The position numbers were made by a program, and so were the translations under genes. From contig JBKPAK010000338.1 in NCBI GenBank assembly GCA_046726415.1, positions 1-27,305 of the forward strand: a stretch of DNA of 27,305 bases. The letters are read 5' to 3'. This document shows positions 7,717 through 16,847 of the stretch, in pieces; the stretch's first letter is position 1, and every line of letters starts with the position of its first letter. Source of the stretch: Candidatus Methylomirabilota bacterium. Its GTDB lineage: Bacteria; Methylomirabilota; Methylomirabilia; Rokubacteriales; CSP1-6. The notes under the pieces were generated by a model that did not search any database, was not told where the DNA came from, and worked only from the letters and a program-made list of their open reading frames with translations.

Positions 7717-8001
7717 ATGAAGTGGATGTCGGTCGCGGCCATCGCGCTGTCGGTCCTCATATGCGTCGGGCCGGCGTCGGCCACTGAGCTCCGGGGAGTA
7801 GGGCCGGCGTCGGCCACCCAGCTCCAGGGAAAGGTGCAGGCGGTGGACGCGTCGGATCGCGCTGTCGTGCTCAAGGATGGGACACGGCTGTCGCTCGCCG
7901 AGGACCGGATGGTCAAGCTAGAGGACGGCGTCACCGTCAAGCTCTCGTATGAGAAGCGGGACGGGAAGCACGTCGTGACTAGCATAGAAACAACGGAGTG
8001 A
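7717..8001 (+). CDS. Small secreted DUF1344-like protein, paralog B
   Basis: GGAGG RBS at 7707-7711 and a signal peptide. GKVQAVDASDRAVVLKDGTRLSL...YEKRDGKHVVTSIE aligns by eye with paralog A (GKIKTIDVADHAFVLEDGTRLWI...YSTKDGKKVVTELE). Confidence 0.8.
   Translation: MKWMSVAAIALSVLICVGPASATELRGVGPASATQLQGKVQAVDASDRAVVLKDGTRLSLAEDRMVKLEDGVTVKLSYEKRDGKHVVTSIETTE
7765..7830 (+). repeat. In-frame 33-bp tandem duplication inside paralog B
   Basis: GTCGGGCCGGCGTCGGCCACTGAGCTCCGGGGA followed by GTAGGGCCGGCGTCGGCCACCCAGCTCCAGGGA, encoding VGPASATELRG and VGPASATQLQG. Confidence 0.9.
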
Positions 8002-8064
8002 TGACCGGTCGAGCGCCGGCGCCGCACAGTCGGTGGGTCGGAGTAACGAGGAGCGCCGCCTCAG

Positions 8065-8781
8065 CTACCGGCCGAGCCCGGCCGACGAGAGAAAGCGGCG
8101 GATGCCGGTCGATGAGACCACCGTCGTCTCGCCGGGCACCGGGACGTGAAGCACGCTCTCGGGGGCTTGCGGCAGCGCGACGCGCGCCGTGCGGTAGCCC
8201 TCGATGATCCCGATCAACAAGCCGCTCGACACTTCGAAGACGCCACCTCCGCTCGCCCCGTAGCTGACCGACGCGTCGACCATCCGCGCCGGTCCCTCGA
8301 GACGCACCTCGTCACCATCGCCCACGAGCTGGCTGACCACCCCATGCACCACGGTGAGCCGCCGGCCCCACGGGAATCCAACCACCCATACGTCCCGTCC
8401 GAGACCCGTGATCTCCTTCAGCGTCACCGCCGGCGGTGCGACACCCTCGACGGAGAGAATGGCCAGGTCGAGCTCATCGCTGACCTTGACCACCTCGGCA
8501 TTCACGCTGCCGCGGTGGTCTGCGACGCGGGCCGACAGGCGGCGAGGCTTCGGCAGCTCTACGAGGTGCCGAGTCGTAATGACCCAGCAGCGGGAGGCCT
8601 GTGGGTCAGAAGCGATCACGACCCCGGAGCCGGATCGGCGGTCGTCGCCGTCGAGTTCCACCCTGAGCTGGACGATCGACGCCAGGATCCGTGGCAACAG
8701 GTCGCGACCGGACCGCGGTTCGGCCGAGGCGCACCCGGCCACGGCGATGGCGATCACGGCCGCGGCCAGGGAGCGATTCAT
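8065..8781 (-). CDS. Trypsin-like (S1C/Trypsin_2) serine protease, predicted lipoprotein, no PDZ domain
   Basis: Lipobox VAGC and GSGVVI motif. Catalytic triad contexts TTRH, DLAIL and GASGG. The start overlaps the regulator stop (ATGA at 8778-8781). Confidence 0.88.
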   Translation of the reverse strand: MNRSLAAAVIAIAVAGCASAEPRSGRDLLPRILASIVQLRVELDGDDRRSGSGVVIASDPQASRCWVITTRHLVELPKPRRLSARVADHRGSVNAEVVKVSDELDLAILSVEGVAPPAVTLKEITGLGRDVWVVGFPWGRRLTVVHGVVSQLVGDGDEVRLEGPARMVDASVSYGASGGGVFEVSSGLLIGIIEGYRTARVALPQAPESVLHVPVPGETTVVSSTGIRRFLSSAGLGR

Positions 8782-10141
8782 CCCCCCTCCGGTTGCTCGC
8801 TCTCGCGCTCGAACATCCGATAGAGCGTCCGGCGATCGATCCCGAGGATGTCGGCCGCGCGCTGCTTGTTTCCGTCCGTGTGCGCCAGGACGCGGTCCAC
8901 GTACCAGCGCCTCAGCTCCTCGAGCGTCATCCATCGCGCCGGGAGCTCGGGGGGAGGCGCCGGGGCCGGCTGGATCTCGGGCGGAAGATTCTCAGGCAAG
9001 ATCAGCTCCGACGACGAGAGCGCCACCGCCCGCTCGACGACGTGCTCGAGCTCCCTGGCGTTCCCCGGCCAGTCGTAGTCGGCCAGCAGGGCGAGCGTCT
9101 CGCGCGCGAAACCGCCCACCCACGTGCCACTCGCCTGCCGATACTTCACCAGGAAATGCTCGGCCAGGAGGGGAATATCCTGCCGCCGATCCCGGAGGGC
9201 GGGGACGTGGATAGTGACGACGTTGAGCCGGTAGTACAGGTCCTCGCGGAACTCACCCTCCTCGACGAGCTTCCTGAGATCCCGGTTCGTGGCGGCGATG
9301 ATGCGGAGATCGACGGGAATGATCTCGTTCCCCCGACGCGGCGCACGCCTCGCTCCTGGAGCGCCCGGAGGAGCTTGGCCTGCAGCGCGGGCGACAGCTC
9401 ACCCACCTCGTCGAGGAAGCAGGTGCCGCCGCTCGCCGTCTCCAGCAGACCGCGCCGCGTGCGCACGGCACCCGTGAACGCCCCGCGCTCGTGACCGAAC
9501 AGCTCCGACTCGAACAGCGCCTCGGGCAAGGCGGTGCACTCGACGACACCGAACGGACCGGCGCCGCGCGGCCCCGCATAGTGAATCGCCCGTGCGATCA
9601 TCTCCTTGCCCGTCCCCGTCTCACCTTGGATCAGCACCGTCGTGTCGAGCCTGGCCACGCGCGCGACCGTCTTGTAGATGGCCAGCATCTCCGGCGCCTG
9701 GCCGACGAAGTTCTCGACCCGGTAGCGCTCGCGCAGCTCCTCGCGGTACTGGCGGTTCTCCCGGACGAGCCGCTGGACCTCCAGTGCCCGTCGCACCGTG
9801 ACCTCGATCTCCTCGACGCGGAGCGGCTTCGAGAGGTAGTCCCACGCGCCGGCCTGGATCGCCTCGATGGCCGTCTCCATCGTCGCGAAAGCCGTGAGAA
9901 TGAGGACCGGCACCCCAGGCTGCAGGGTGGCGAGGCGCTTGAGGACGTCGATGCCGCCGAGATCCGGCATTCGGAGATCCACCAGGGCCAGGTCGAAGGA
10001 CTCAGTCTCGGCACAATGCACGCACTCCTCGCCCCCGCTGACCGCCCGCACGTGGTAGCCCTCGCGCCGGAGCACCTCGGCCAGGAGATCACGCACGACG
10101 GGATCGTCGTCGGCCACGAGCAGGACCGGGGTCGTCGTCAC
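8778..10141 (-). CDS. Sigma54-dependent response regulator (NtrC/AtoC/ZraR family; REC-AAA+-Fis HTH) with one frameshift at 9330-9334
   Basis: REC motifs (ADDD, VDLRMP, YLSKP), Walker [24 protein letters not shown] and FLDEVGE. Adding one G to the G5 run restores [22 protein letters not shown]...[11 protein letters not shown]...[10 protein letters not shown]...[19 protein letters not shown]. Confidence 0.9.
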
Positions 10142-11679
10142 GCGACGGCTCCGTCGACGGGAAGCCGGACGGCGAAGGTACTGCCCAGGTCCTCCTCGCT
10201 GGCGACGTCGATGCGGCCCTTGTGCTCGCGGACGATCTGCGCCGAGATGAAGAGCCCCAGCCCCGTGCCGCGCGCGGATCCCTTGGTGGAGAAGAATGGC
10301 TCAAAGATGTGTTTGAGGTCTGCCGCCGGGATCCCACGGCCGGAGTCGACGACTTCCAGCTCGACGTGGGTGTCGTCGGCCACGGGCCGGATGGCGACTC
10401 GGATCGTCCCTCCAGGCGGCGTGGCATCCATCGCATTGGTGAAGAGGTTGAGCACGACCTGCTGGAGGCGGTTCGGATGGCCCCGCACGCCTGGGACGGG
10501 CAGGGTCGGCGTGATCTCGAGGGTGACGCCGGCCGCAGCGAGACTGGGGCGCACCAGCTCGGCGGTATCCCGCACGAGCCGGTTCAGATCGACCGACACC
10601 GGCTCGCCTGGATGGCGCCGGGTCAGTCCGAGGAGCTGGGTGATGATCTCCGTCACCCGGGCGAGTTGGCTCTGGATGATGGCGAAGTGACGCGTCACCG
10701 GCGCGCGAAGGACGTCGGGGGGAAGGTCCTTCTGGAGGAGCTGGACGTGACCCGCCACCGACTGCAGCGGCGCGCCCACCTCGTGAGCGACCTCGGCCAT
10801 GATCTGCCCGGCCAGGGCCAGGCGCTCCGCGTGACTCAGGTTGCGCTGCATCCGGAAGAGCGCTTCGTGCAGGCGCTCGACCTCGCGATAGCGCTCGTCC
10901 GCCTCAGCCGTAGCCTGCTTCACGCGCGCCTGGAGTTCATCGTTGAACGTCCGGAGGCGCGCCATCATCTCGTTGAAGTGATTGGCCAGCAGCCCGAACT
11001 CGTCGGCCGTGTCGACCCGGACGCTGGCCGACTGGTCGCCCCCCTGCACGCGCCGGATGGCGTTCAAGAACCGCTGGATGGGCCGGTTCACCACGAGATG
11101 CACCGCCACCGTCATGAGCACCCCCATCACGACCACGGAGGCGCCGGTTAGCACGAGGGCCCAGTTGCGGGTCCGCGCGGCGAGCGCGTCCGCGCGATCG
11201 AACGAGAACTTGACGGCCACGGCGCCGGCCGCGGCGCCGGCCGCGGGGTCCTCGAGGTTCACCGGGGCCATGATCTCCCAGTACCGGGCCCCCTCGTTGG
11301 CGACGAGCCTCGAGACCACCTTGCCGAGGCGGACCTGATCGGTATCCGCCCGCGTGAACGGCAGGCGGGTGCGCGGGTCACTGGTCGCCACGATGTCGGC
11401 GTCCTCGCCCCTGAACGCGATGATGTCGAGCTGGAGCACGCTCCGCCGCACGCCCATGATCTGTCTGATCTGCCGCTCGAGCCGCGCGCCGCCCTGGAGC
11501 TCGCGACGGTCGCCGATCGAGGCGGCCACTTCCCGCGCGAAGAATACGGCCCGCGCCTGCAGGTCCTCCTCGACCGACTGTCGGGACAGAGCGAGCTGGA
11601 GCAGGGTGAACCCGAACGACACGACGACGACGATGGCGAGTCCCCCGAGCACCAGCTTCTGGCGCAGCCCGAGCCGCAT
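10138..11679 (-). CDS. Membrane sensor histidine kinase (2 TM, periplasmic domain, HAMP, HisKA, HATPase_c)
   Basis: Two TM segments, HAMP ([13 protein letters not shown]), H-box AHEVGAPL, N-box NLFTNAMDA, then [14 protein letters not shown] and GTGLGL. The stop overlaps the regulator start. Alternative GTG start at 11697. Confidence 0.93.
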   Translation of the reverse strand: MRLGLRQKLVLGGLAIVVVVSFGFTLLQLALSRQSVEEDLQARAVFFAREVAASIGDRRELQGGARLERQIRQIMGVRRSVLQLDIIAFRGEDADIVATSDPRTRLPFTRADTDQVRLGKVVSRLVANEGARYWEIMAPVNLEDPAAGAAAGAVAVKFSFDRADALAARTRNWALVLTGASVVVMGVLMTVAVHLVVNRPIQRFLNAIRRVQGGDQSASVRVDTADEFGLLANHFNEMMARLRTFNDELQARVKQATAEADERYREVERLHEALFRMQRNLSHAERLALAGQIMAEVAHEVGAPLQSVAGHVQLLQKDLPPDVLRAPVTRHFAIIQSQLARVTEIITQLLGLTRRHPGEPVSVDLNRLVRDTAELVRPSLAAAGVTLEITPTLPVPGVRGHPNRLQQVVLNLFTNAMDATPPGGTIRVAIRPVADDTHVELEVVDSGRGIPAADLKHIFEPFFSTKGSARGTGLGLFISAQIVREHKGRIDVASEEDLGSTFAVRLPVDGAVA

Positions 11680-11819
11680 ACCAGAGACATGTACCACATC
11701 TTCGCGGCTCGCTACTCGCGCGGTCCGGACGGTCTTGACGCCGCGCCGGCCCGCGGCATCGCGCCTGAGTGGACGAAGACTTTCGAGCCACCATGGCGCC
11801 GCCGCGACCGCGTGAGAAG

Positions 11820-12467
11820 ATGACGGAGGTGATCGCGAAGGGCTGCCGGCTCTACATCATCACGCCCGAGAGATTCGATCTCGACACGTTCCCCGATGGG
11901 CTCGCCCGGGCGCTCGACGCGGGCGACGTTGCCGCGGTCCAGCTCCGCCTGAAGGACTCCGACGATGACGTCTGGAAGCGCGCGATCGACGCGCTCCGTC
12001 CGGTCACCCAATCGCGCGGCGTGGCGTTCCTGTTGAACGACCGCGCCGATCTCGTCGGGGCGGCGGGATGCGACGGCGCACACGTGGGCCAGGAGGACAT
12101 GCCTGCGCGGGAGGCCCGTCGCCTGATGGCCGCCGGCCTCACGCTCGGCGTCACCTGCAAGTCCTCTCGCGACCTCGCCCAACGCGCCGTGGACGACGGC
12201 GCCGACTATGTGGCCTTCGGGGCCTTCTTCCCGTCGAGCTCGAAGCCGGTCACCACCCTCGCCGATCCCGCGATTCTGCGCTGGTGGTCGCAGCGGATGA
12301 CCGTGCCTTCCTGCGCCATCGGCGGCATCACCGCGGCGAATCTCGCGCCGCTGGTGCGGGCGGGGGCGAATTTCCTCGCCATCATCGGCGGCGTCTGGAG
12401 CCACGCCGACGGACCTGCCGCGGGCGTACGCGCCATCAACGCGGCGATCAAGGCAGCCGCGGATTGA
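11820..12467 (+). CDS. thiE: Thiamine-phosphate synthase
   Basis: Motifs RLYIITP, VQLRLK, FLLNDRADL, DGAHVGQED, GADYVAFGAFFPSSSK and AIGGIT. Start codon uncertain (11793 or 11820). Confidence 0.9.
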   Translation: MTEVIAKGCRLYIITPERFDLDTFPDGLARALDAGDVAAVQLRLKDSDDDVWKRAIDALRPVTQSRGVAFLLNDRADLVGAAGCDGAHVGQEDMPAREARRLMAAGLTLGVTCKSSRDLAQRAVDDGADYVAFGAFFPSSSKPVTTLADPAILRWWSQRMTVPSCAIGGITAANLAPLVRAGANFLAIIGGVWSHADGPAAGVRAINAAIKAAAD

Positions 12468-12484
12468 CGGGAGAGCCCGGTCCG

Positions 12485-13732
12485 CTACTTCGCCTGAACC
12501 ACGACGCCAGCGGCGAGCAGCTTCGCGATCTCCGCCTCCCGGTAGCCCGCCTCGCGCAGAATCGCGACCGAGTGCTCGCCCAGCTCTGGCGGAAAGCGCG
12601 GCGCGATTTTGTCGACGCCCTCGAGCCAGAGGGGGCTGGCCACGGTCAGGCGGGCCCCGGCGCGCGGATCCTCCATCGGCACCAGCGCACCGCTGGCCAC
12701 CATCTGGCGGTCGGTGCGCACGTCGTCGATGGCGGCCACCACGCCGAAGGTGAGGTGATGATCGTGGAGAATCGCCCGCCATTCGGGGAAGGCCCGGGTA
12801 GCGAAAATTGCGTCGAGGATTGGGACGAGCGCGCGGGCGTTGGCTCGCCGCGCCGGCGTGGTGGCGAAGCGCGGATCGGTGCCGAGGTCGGGCCGGGCGA
12901 TGGCGCGCAGCAACGCGGGCCAGTCGCGGTCATCGTTCACCAGGTTCAGCAGAAACCACCGCCCGTCGGCGCACCGATAGAGATTGGCCAGCGCCGTGGC
13001 CGGCTCCTCGCGCGAGGGCCGGGGTTCGACGCGAGCCCCCGAGAGCGCGGCCTGCACCTGGATGGCGTTCCACCAGAGGCCGTTGGCCATGAGCGAGGTC
13101 GAGACCATCGTGCCCTTGCCCGTCTTCTCCCGCTGGTAGAGGGCGGCCATGATCGCGCCGAACAGCGAGACGCCCGTCGGATGATCCCCCATTCCAGGTA
13201 GCGAGCGCGAAGGAGGCGAATCCGGAGACGGTCGCACCAGGTCCATCAGCCCGGTCCTCGCCCACAGCGCGGTCGCGTCGAAGCCACCGCGCGGGGCCTC
13301 CTCGCCGCGTTCGCCGTAGGCGGTGACGGAGGCGTAGATGAGCCGCGCGCTCAAGGGAGCCAGGTCTTCCCAGCGGATGCCGAGGCGCTTGCGCGAGTCG
13401 AGCGGCGTGTTGCAGACGAACACATCGGCGCGCTCAACGAGGCGGTGGAGCACCGCCAACCCCTCTGGCTTCCGAAGGTCGAGCGCGAGGCCGCGCTTGG
13501 TGCGGTTGTCGACGATCCAGCGGTAGTTGTACGGGCTCTCAGGGACGCCCGGCCCACCGGTGCGGTGGCGATAGGGGTCTCCGTCGGGCGGTTCAAGCTT
13601 GATGACGTCGGCCCCCAGATCGGCCAGCATGGTCGTGGCGACGGGACCGGCGATGAAGCTGGCCGCATCGATGACCCGTAGCCCGTCGAGCAATGGTCCG
13701 GCCGTCGCGGTACCCGGCTCTTCTGGATTCAT
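12485..13732 (-). CDS. Family III CoA-transferase (CaiB/BaiF)
   Basis: Motifs LDGLRVID, AGPVATTMLADLGADVIKLEPPDGD, NRTKRGLALDLR, GFDATA and PPELGEHS. The start overlaps the upstream stop (13729-13732). Confidence 0.93.
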   Translation of the reverse strand: MNPEEPGTATAGPLLDGLRVIDAASFIAGPVATTMLADLGADVIKLEPPDGDPYRHRTGGPGVPESPYNYRWIVDNRTKRGLALDLRKPEGLAVLHRLVERADVFVCNTPLDSRKRLGIRWEDLAPLSARLIYASVTAYGERGEEAPRGGFDATALWARTGLMDLVRPSPDSPPSRSLPGMGDHPTGVSLFGAIMAALYQREKTGKGTMVSTSLMANGLWWNAIQVQAALSGARVEPRPSREEPATALANLYRCADGRWFLLNLVNDDRDWPALLRAIARPDLGTDPRFATTPARRANARALVPILDAIFATRAFPEWRAILHDHHLTFGVVAAIDDVRTDRQMVASGALVPMEDPRAGARLTVASPLWLEGVDKIAPRFPPELGEHSVAILREAGYREAEIAKLLAAGVVVQAK

Positions 13733-15708
13733 GCTCGGTCGCCTGTCGCGGGAACGATGCGGTCGATGCCCTGGATGAAATCCCAAAGGTCGCCCGCGCG
13801 CGCGACGACGGCGTCGACGTCCTCCCGGAGCAGGTGCCGCTCGCCGACCATTGCGTCGGCCGCCTGACGGACGCGGTCGAGATAGTCCTGGCGCCCGCGA
13901 TAGCGCTCCTCGAGCGAGAGGCGAGGGTCGCCGGAGCGGGCGCGCTCGGCCGCCGTCCGCGGGAACCGCAGGGTGGAGCCCATCATGCTCATGAGATCGC
14001 CCGGCGCGCCCTGGTCGGGATGCCGCGGGTTCCAGCCGGCGCACGTCGCCAGCGGCACCCGCAGTTCCCAGGGCCGCACCCCGGCGGCGTCGTTGCCGTC
14101 GGCGTCGAGCCCGGGAACAAATGTCGCGTATGGCGCACCCACCTTTGGCGGCAGCGATCCGACGCCGCCCTCGACCTCAGCCCCGAAGTCGAGCCGCACC
14201 GGACGGGCGATCCGCTCGGCGAAGCGAACACCGGGGATGGCTTCGAAGGTGCGTCGTAGCGTCTCGGCTGCGACGGCGGTCCCCTGGTCGATGCGCGGCA
14301 CGGCGCTCGCCGGCGGATCCGTCCCCTCGCCGACCCAGCGGTCGAGGTTCACCAGGGCGGCGCGGAGCAGCGGCGAATAGTCGACGACGCCGAACAGGTG
14401 GCGGCCGCGGGCCCCGGTGTTCGGATCGACCGCGACCGGTGGGATGGACCCCGGCGTGTGCTGGGCTCCCGCGTGCAGGTACACGCGGACGTTTGCCGGC
14501 GCGGCGATGTCCGCTTTGCCCGCCACGTCCGTGTGCACGAGCGAGGCGTCGCCCCGCCAGTACTCGGCGGCGGTGTTGATCGCAAACACCTTCGGGGCGC
14601 GGCCGCGCTCCAGTAGCCGCCCCAGCAAGGCTCCCCGACGCCCCGTCTCCGGGTCCTCCTGCTCGGCGTCGGTGAAGGGGAAGAGATTGCCCACGCCGTG
14701 CAGCGCGTTCAGCGACGGCTGGCCGAAGCGCAGGTTGAACTCTCCGCGCCGCGCACCGGCCACGTGCGGGATCGCGCCGTCGAAAACGGGGCGCCCCAGC
14801 TCATCTTCGTCGAGCCCGAGGTAGAGGAGATGGCGCAGGAAGCGCCCGCTCTGGGAAATGCCGAAGACGTGGCTGCGGTCCAGCCGCCCGGCACACGGGT
14901 TGCCGTTCTCCGCTGAGGCGAACTTCAGAAACCCAGCGGTGTCCCGGACCGCGGTGAAGCCGAGGCCGACGACGGGCGGATCCTGCGCCTCGTAGTAACA
15001 GTCGTAGATCTTGCCGGGCTCGAACCCGCCCGCGAGCCAGACGTGCGAGGTGTCCGCCACCACGTCGCCGCCGACGGCGCGGGCGAACCGCCAGGCGCGG
15101 CGGTTCACCGCCACGGCGGGCGCTCCACCGTGCTCGCGCACCGTCAACTCCGCGGCGTGGTCGTCTGGGCGGGCCACCGGATGTGGGATGTGGTAGCGGT
15201 CGGCGAGGGGCAGGGATGCGGCCGGCGCGTTCGGGTGGAATTCACAGCGAACCCGTCCGGTGACCCCGGCCACGCGGGGGACAGTCAGCGCCATCATGCC
15301 GTCCTCGCGCGGCACGTCCGGCTGCCAGCCGACCCAGGCGACGGTCCAGCCGTGACGCATGAGGAAGCCGTTGCCAAAATCCTCCGGCGCCGTCGGGTCG
15401 TTCGAGTGCGGGACGCTGTTGAACAGCGCGAGCGCCATCTTGCGCCCGCGGTTGGGCACGTCGAGCAGGAGTCGCCGGCTGCCCCCGTTAACCGGCCGCA
15501 ACAGGTAGAAGTCCGCCCACGACTCGACGAGCCCGCCGGCATTCCGCGGCGCCCGGTCGATATCGGCTATGGCCCGATGCGCGGGCAACGCCGGATCCAC
15601 GGCGAAGCGGATCACGCCGACCAGTTTCTCGTAGGGGCCGACCTCACCGAACGGGGCCCCCGCCAGGACAGGCTCGCGCCGCACGATCTCCAGAGCTACC
15701 ACGCCCAT
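13729..15708 (-). CDS. Large alpha/beta-hydrolase domain protein (Abhydrolase_10-like)
   Basis: AAGGAGG RBS precedes ATG at 15708. Motifs FGEVGPYE, DVPNRG, GWQPD, nucleophile elbow GISQSGRFLR, EYWRGDASL and DPRLSLEERY. Confidence 0.82.
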   Translation of the reverse strand: MGVVALEIVRREPVLAGAPFGEVGPYEKLVGVIRFAVDPALPAHRAIADIDRAPRNAGGLVESWADFYLLRPVNGGSRRLLLDVPNRGRKMALALFNSVPHSNDPTAPEDFGNGFLMRHGWTVAWVGWQPDVPREDGMMALTVPRVAGVTGRVRCEFHPNAPAASLPLADRYHIPHPVARPDDHAAELTVREHGGAPAVAVNRRAWRFARAVGGDVVADTSHVWLAGGFEPGKIYDCYYEAQDPPVVGLGFTAVRDTAGFLKFASAENGNPCAGRLDRSHVFGISQSGRFLRHLLYLGLDEDELGRPVFDGAIPHVAGARRGEFNLRFGQPSLNALHGVGNLFPFTDAEQEDPETGRRGALLGRLLERGRAPKVFAINTAAEYWRGDASLVHTDVAGKADIAAPANVRVYLHAGAQHTPGSIPPVAVDPNTGARGRHLFGVVDYSPLLRAALVNLDRWVGEGTDPPASAVPRIDQGTAVAAETLRRTFEAIPGVRFAERIARPVRLDFGAEVEGGVGSLPPKVGAPYATFVPGLDADGNDAAGVRPWELRVPLATCAGWNPRHPDQGAPGDLMSMMGSTLRFPRTAAERARSGDPRLSLEERYRGRQDYLDRVRQAADAMVGERHLLREDVDAVVARAGDLWDFIQGIDRIVPATGDRA

Positions 15709-15733
15709 GGAACCCTCCTTGTACGACTGTCCC

Positions 15734-15753
15734 GGCATCGGCTCGCCGATGCC
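15734..15753. promoter_or_regulatory. 20-bp inverted repeat in the divergent promoter region
   Basis: GGCATCGGC-TC-GCCGATGCC. A minus-strand TACTAT (-10-like) lies at 15760-15765 and a plus-strand TGGTACTTT (extended -10-like) at 15797-15805. Confidence 0.4.
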
Positions 15754-15832
15754 AGCGCCATAGTATGGCCGAGATCACGTGACCCTCCGACAGGCGTGGT
15801 ACTTTCGGGCCACCGCCACAAGGAGGCCTGCC

Positions 15833-16843
15833 ATGATCGGACGGATCGCCGCTGTCAGCGGGGCCCTGCTCGCCGCCGTCAGTCTGGTGGACGCCCAGCC
15901 CAAGCCTGCCCGCTCCTTCACCTTCATCCTCGACTTCCTCCCGTACGGCGAGTACACACCGTACTTCACTGCCCTCGACAAGGGGTGGTACCGGGAGGAA
16001 GGGCTCGACGTGAGGATCCTGCGCGGGGCGGGTTCGGGAGATACCGTCAAGCGCATCGCGGTCGGCCAGGGCGACGCCGGCAGCGCGGACTTCAGCGCGC
16101 TGACCGCTGCGCGCGCCAACGAGGACATCAAGGTCAAGGCCATCGCCGCTTACTTCCGACGGCCCCCGCACTCGATCTTCGTGAGGGAGGGAAGCGGCAT
16201 CACCTCGGCCAAGGACCTCGCCGGCAAAACGCTGTCCATCACCCCCGGCAACAGCCACCAGATCCTCTTTCCGCTCCTCGCCCAGCTCGCCGGCTTCAAT
16301 GCGGACAGCGTGAAGTGGGTGACCATGGACGGCGCGGCCATGGGCCCCGCGCTCATCACCGGCCGCGTCGACGGCGCGCCCTTCTTCGCCAATCACGAAG
16401 CGCGCCTGCAGAAGCAGGCGAAGGCCCAGGGACAAACCCTCAAGCGCATCTCCTACGCGGATGCCGGCTTTGACATGTATTCGCTGGTGATCTTCGCCCG
16501 CGAGGATTCCCTCGCCAAGGACGCGGACCCCCTTCGCGCCTTCCTGCGCGGCACCATGCGCGGCATGAACTACGCCTTCGCCGCCCAGAACCTCGAAGAG
16601 GGCGCGCGGATCCTCATCAAGTCCAACCCCGAGGTCGACCTCGACGCGGCGGTGGGAGCCGCCAGCGTGGCCAGCCGCTACGCCTTCACCCAGGAAGTGA
16701 CCAGCGGCGCGGTGGCCGCCGGCCAATTCGAGCCCGCCCGCGTAGACAGGTCGCGCGACGTCTACACCCAGTACATGCAGCTCAAGCGCAAGGTGCCGGG
16801 CGAGGAGCTCTACACCAACGATTTCTTGCCCGAGAGGAAATAG
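15833..16843 (+). CDS. ABC transporter substrate-binding protein, NMT1/THI5 (SsuA/TauA-like) family
   Basis: AGGAGG RBS and signal peptide. Motifs PYFTALDKGWYREEGLDV.I.RG.GS and KDLAGKT, ending ELYTNDFL. Confidence 0.9.
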   Translation: MIGRIAAVSGALLAAVSLVDAQPKPARSFTFILDFLPYGEYTPYFTALDKGWYREEGLDVRILRGAGSGDTVKRIAVGQGDAGSADFSALTAARANEDIKVKAIAAYFRRPPHSIFVREGSGITSAKDLAGKTLSITPGNSHQILFPLLAQLAGFNADSVKWVTMDGAAMGPALITGRVDGAPFFANHEARLQKQAKAQGQTLKRISYADAGFDMYSLVIFAREDSLAKDADPLRAFLRGTMRGMNYAFAAQNLEEGARILIKSNPEVDLDAAVGAASVASRYAFTQEVTSGAVAAGQFEPARVDRSRDVYTQYMQLKRKVPGEELYTNDFLPERK

Positions 16844-16847
16844 GGCG

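Noticed and set aside
8778..9149. Separate 123-aa Fis-HTH gene
   Set aside because: It is the C-terminal part of the frameshifted sigma54 regulator, not an independent gene.
11698..11819. Possible TPP riboswitch upstream of thiE (CTGAG present); region upstream of the NMT1/THI5 SBP also checked
   Set aside because: The remaining THI-box elements (CTGAGA...ACCTG...GNNTAAT...CGNAGG) are not seen in either region.
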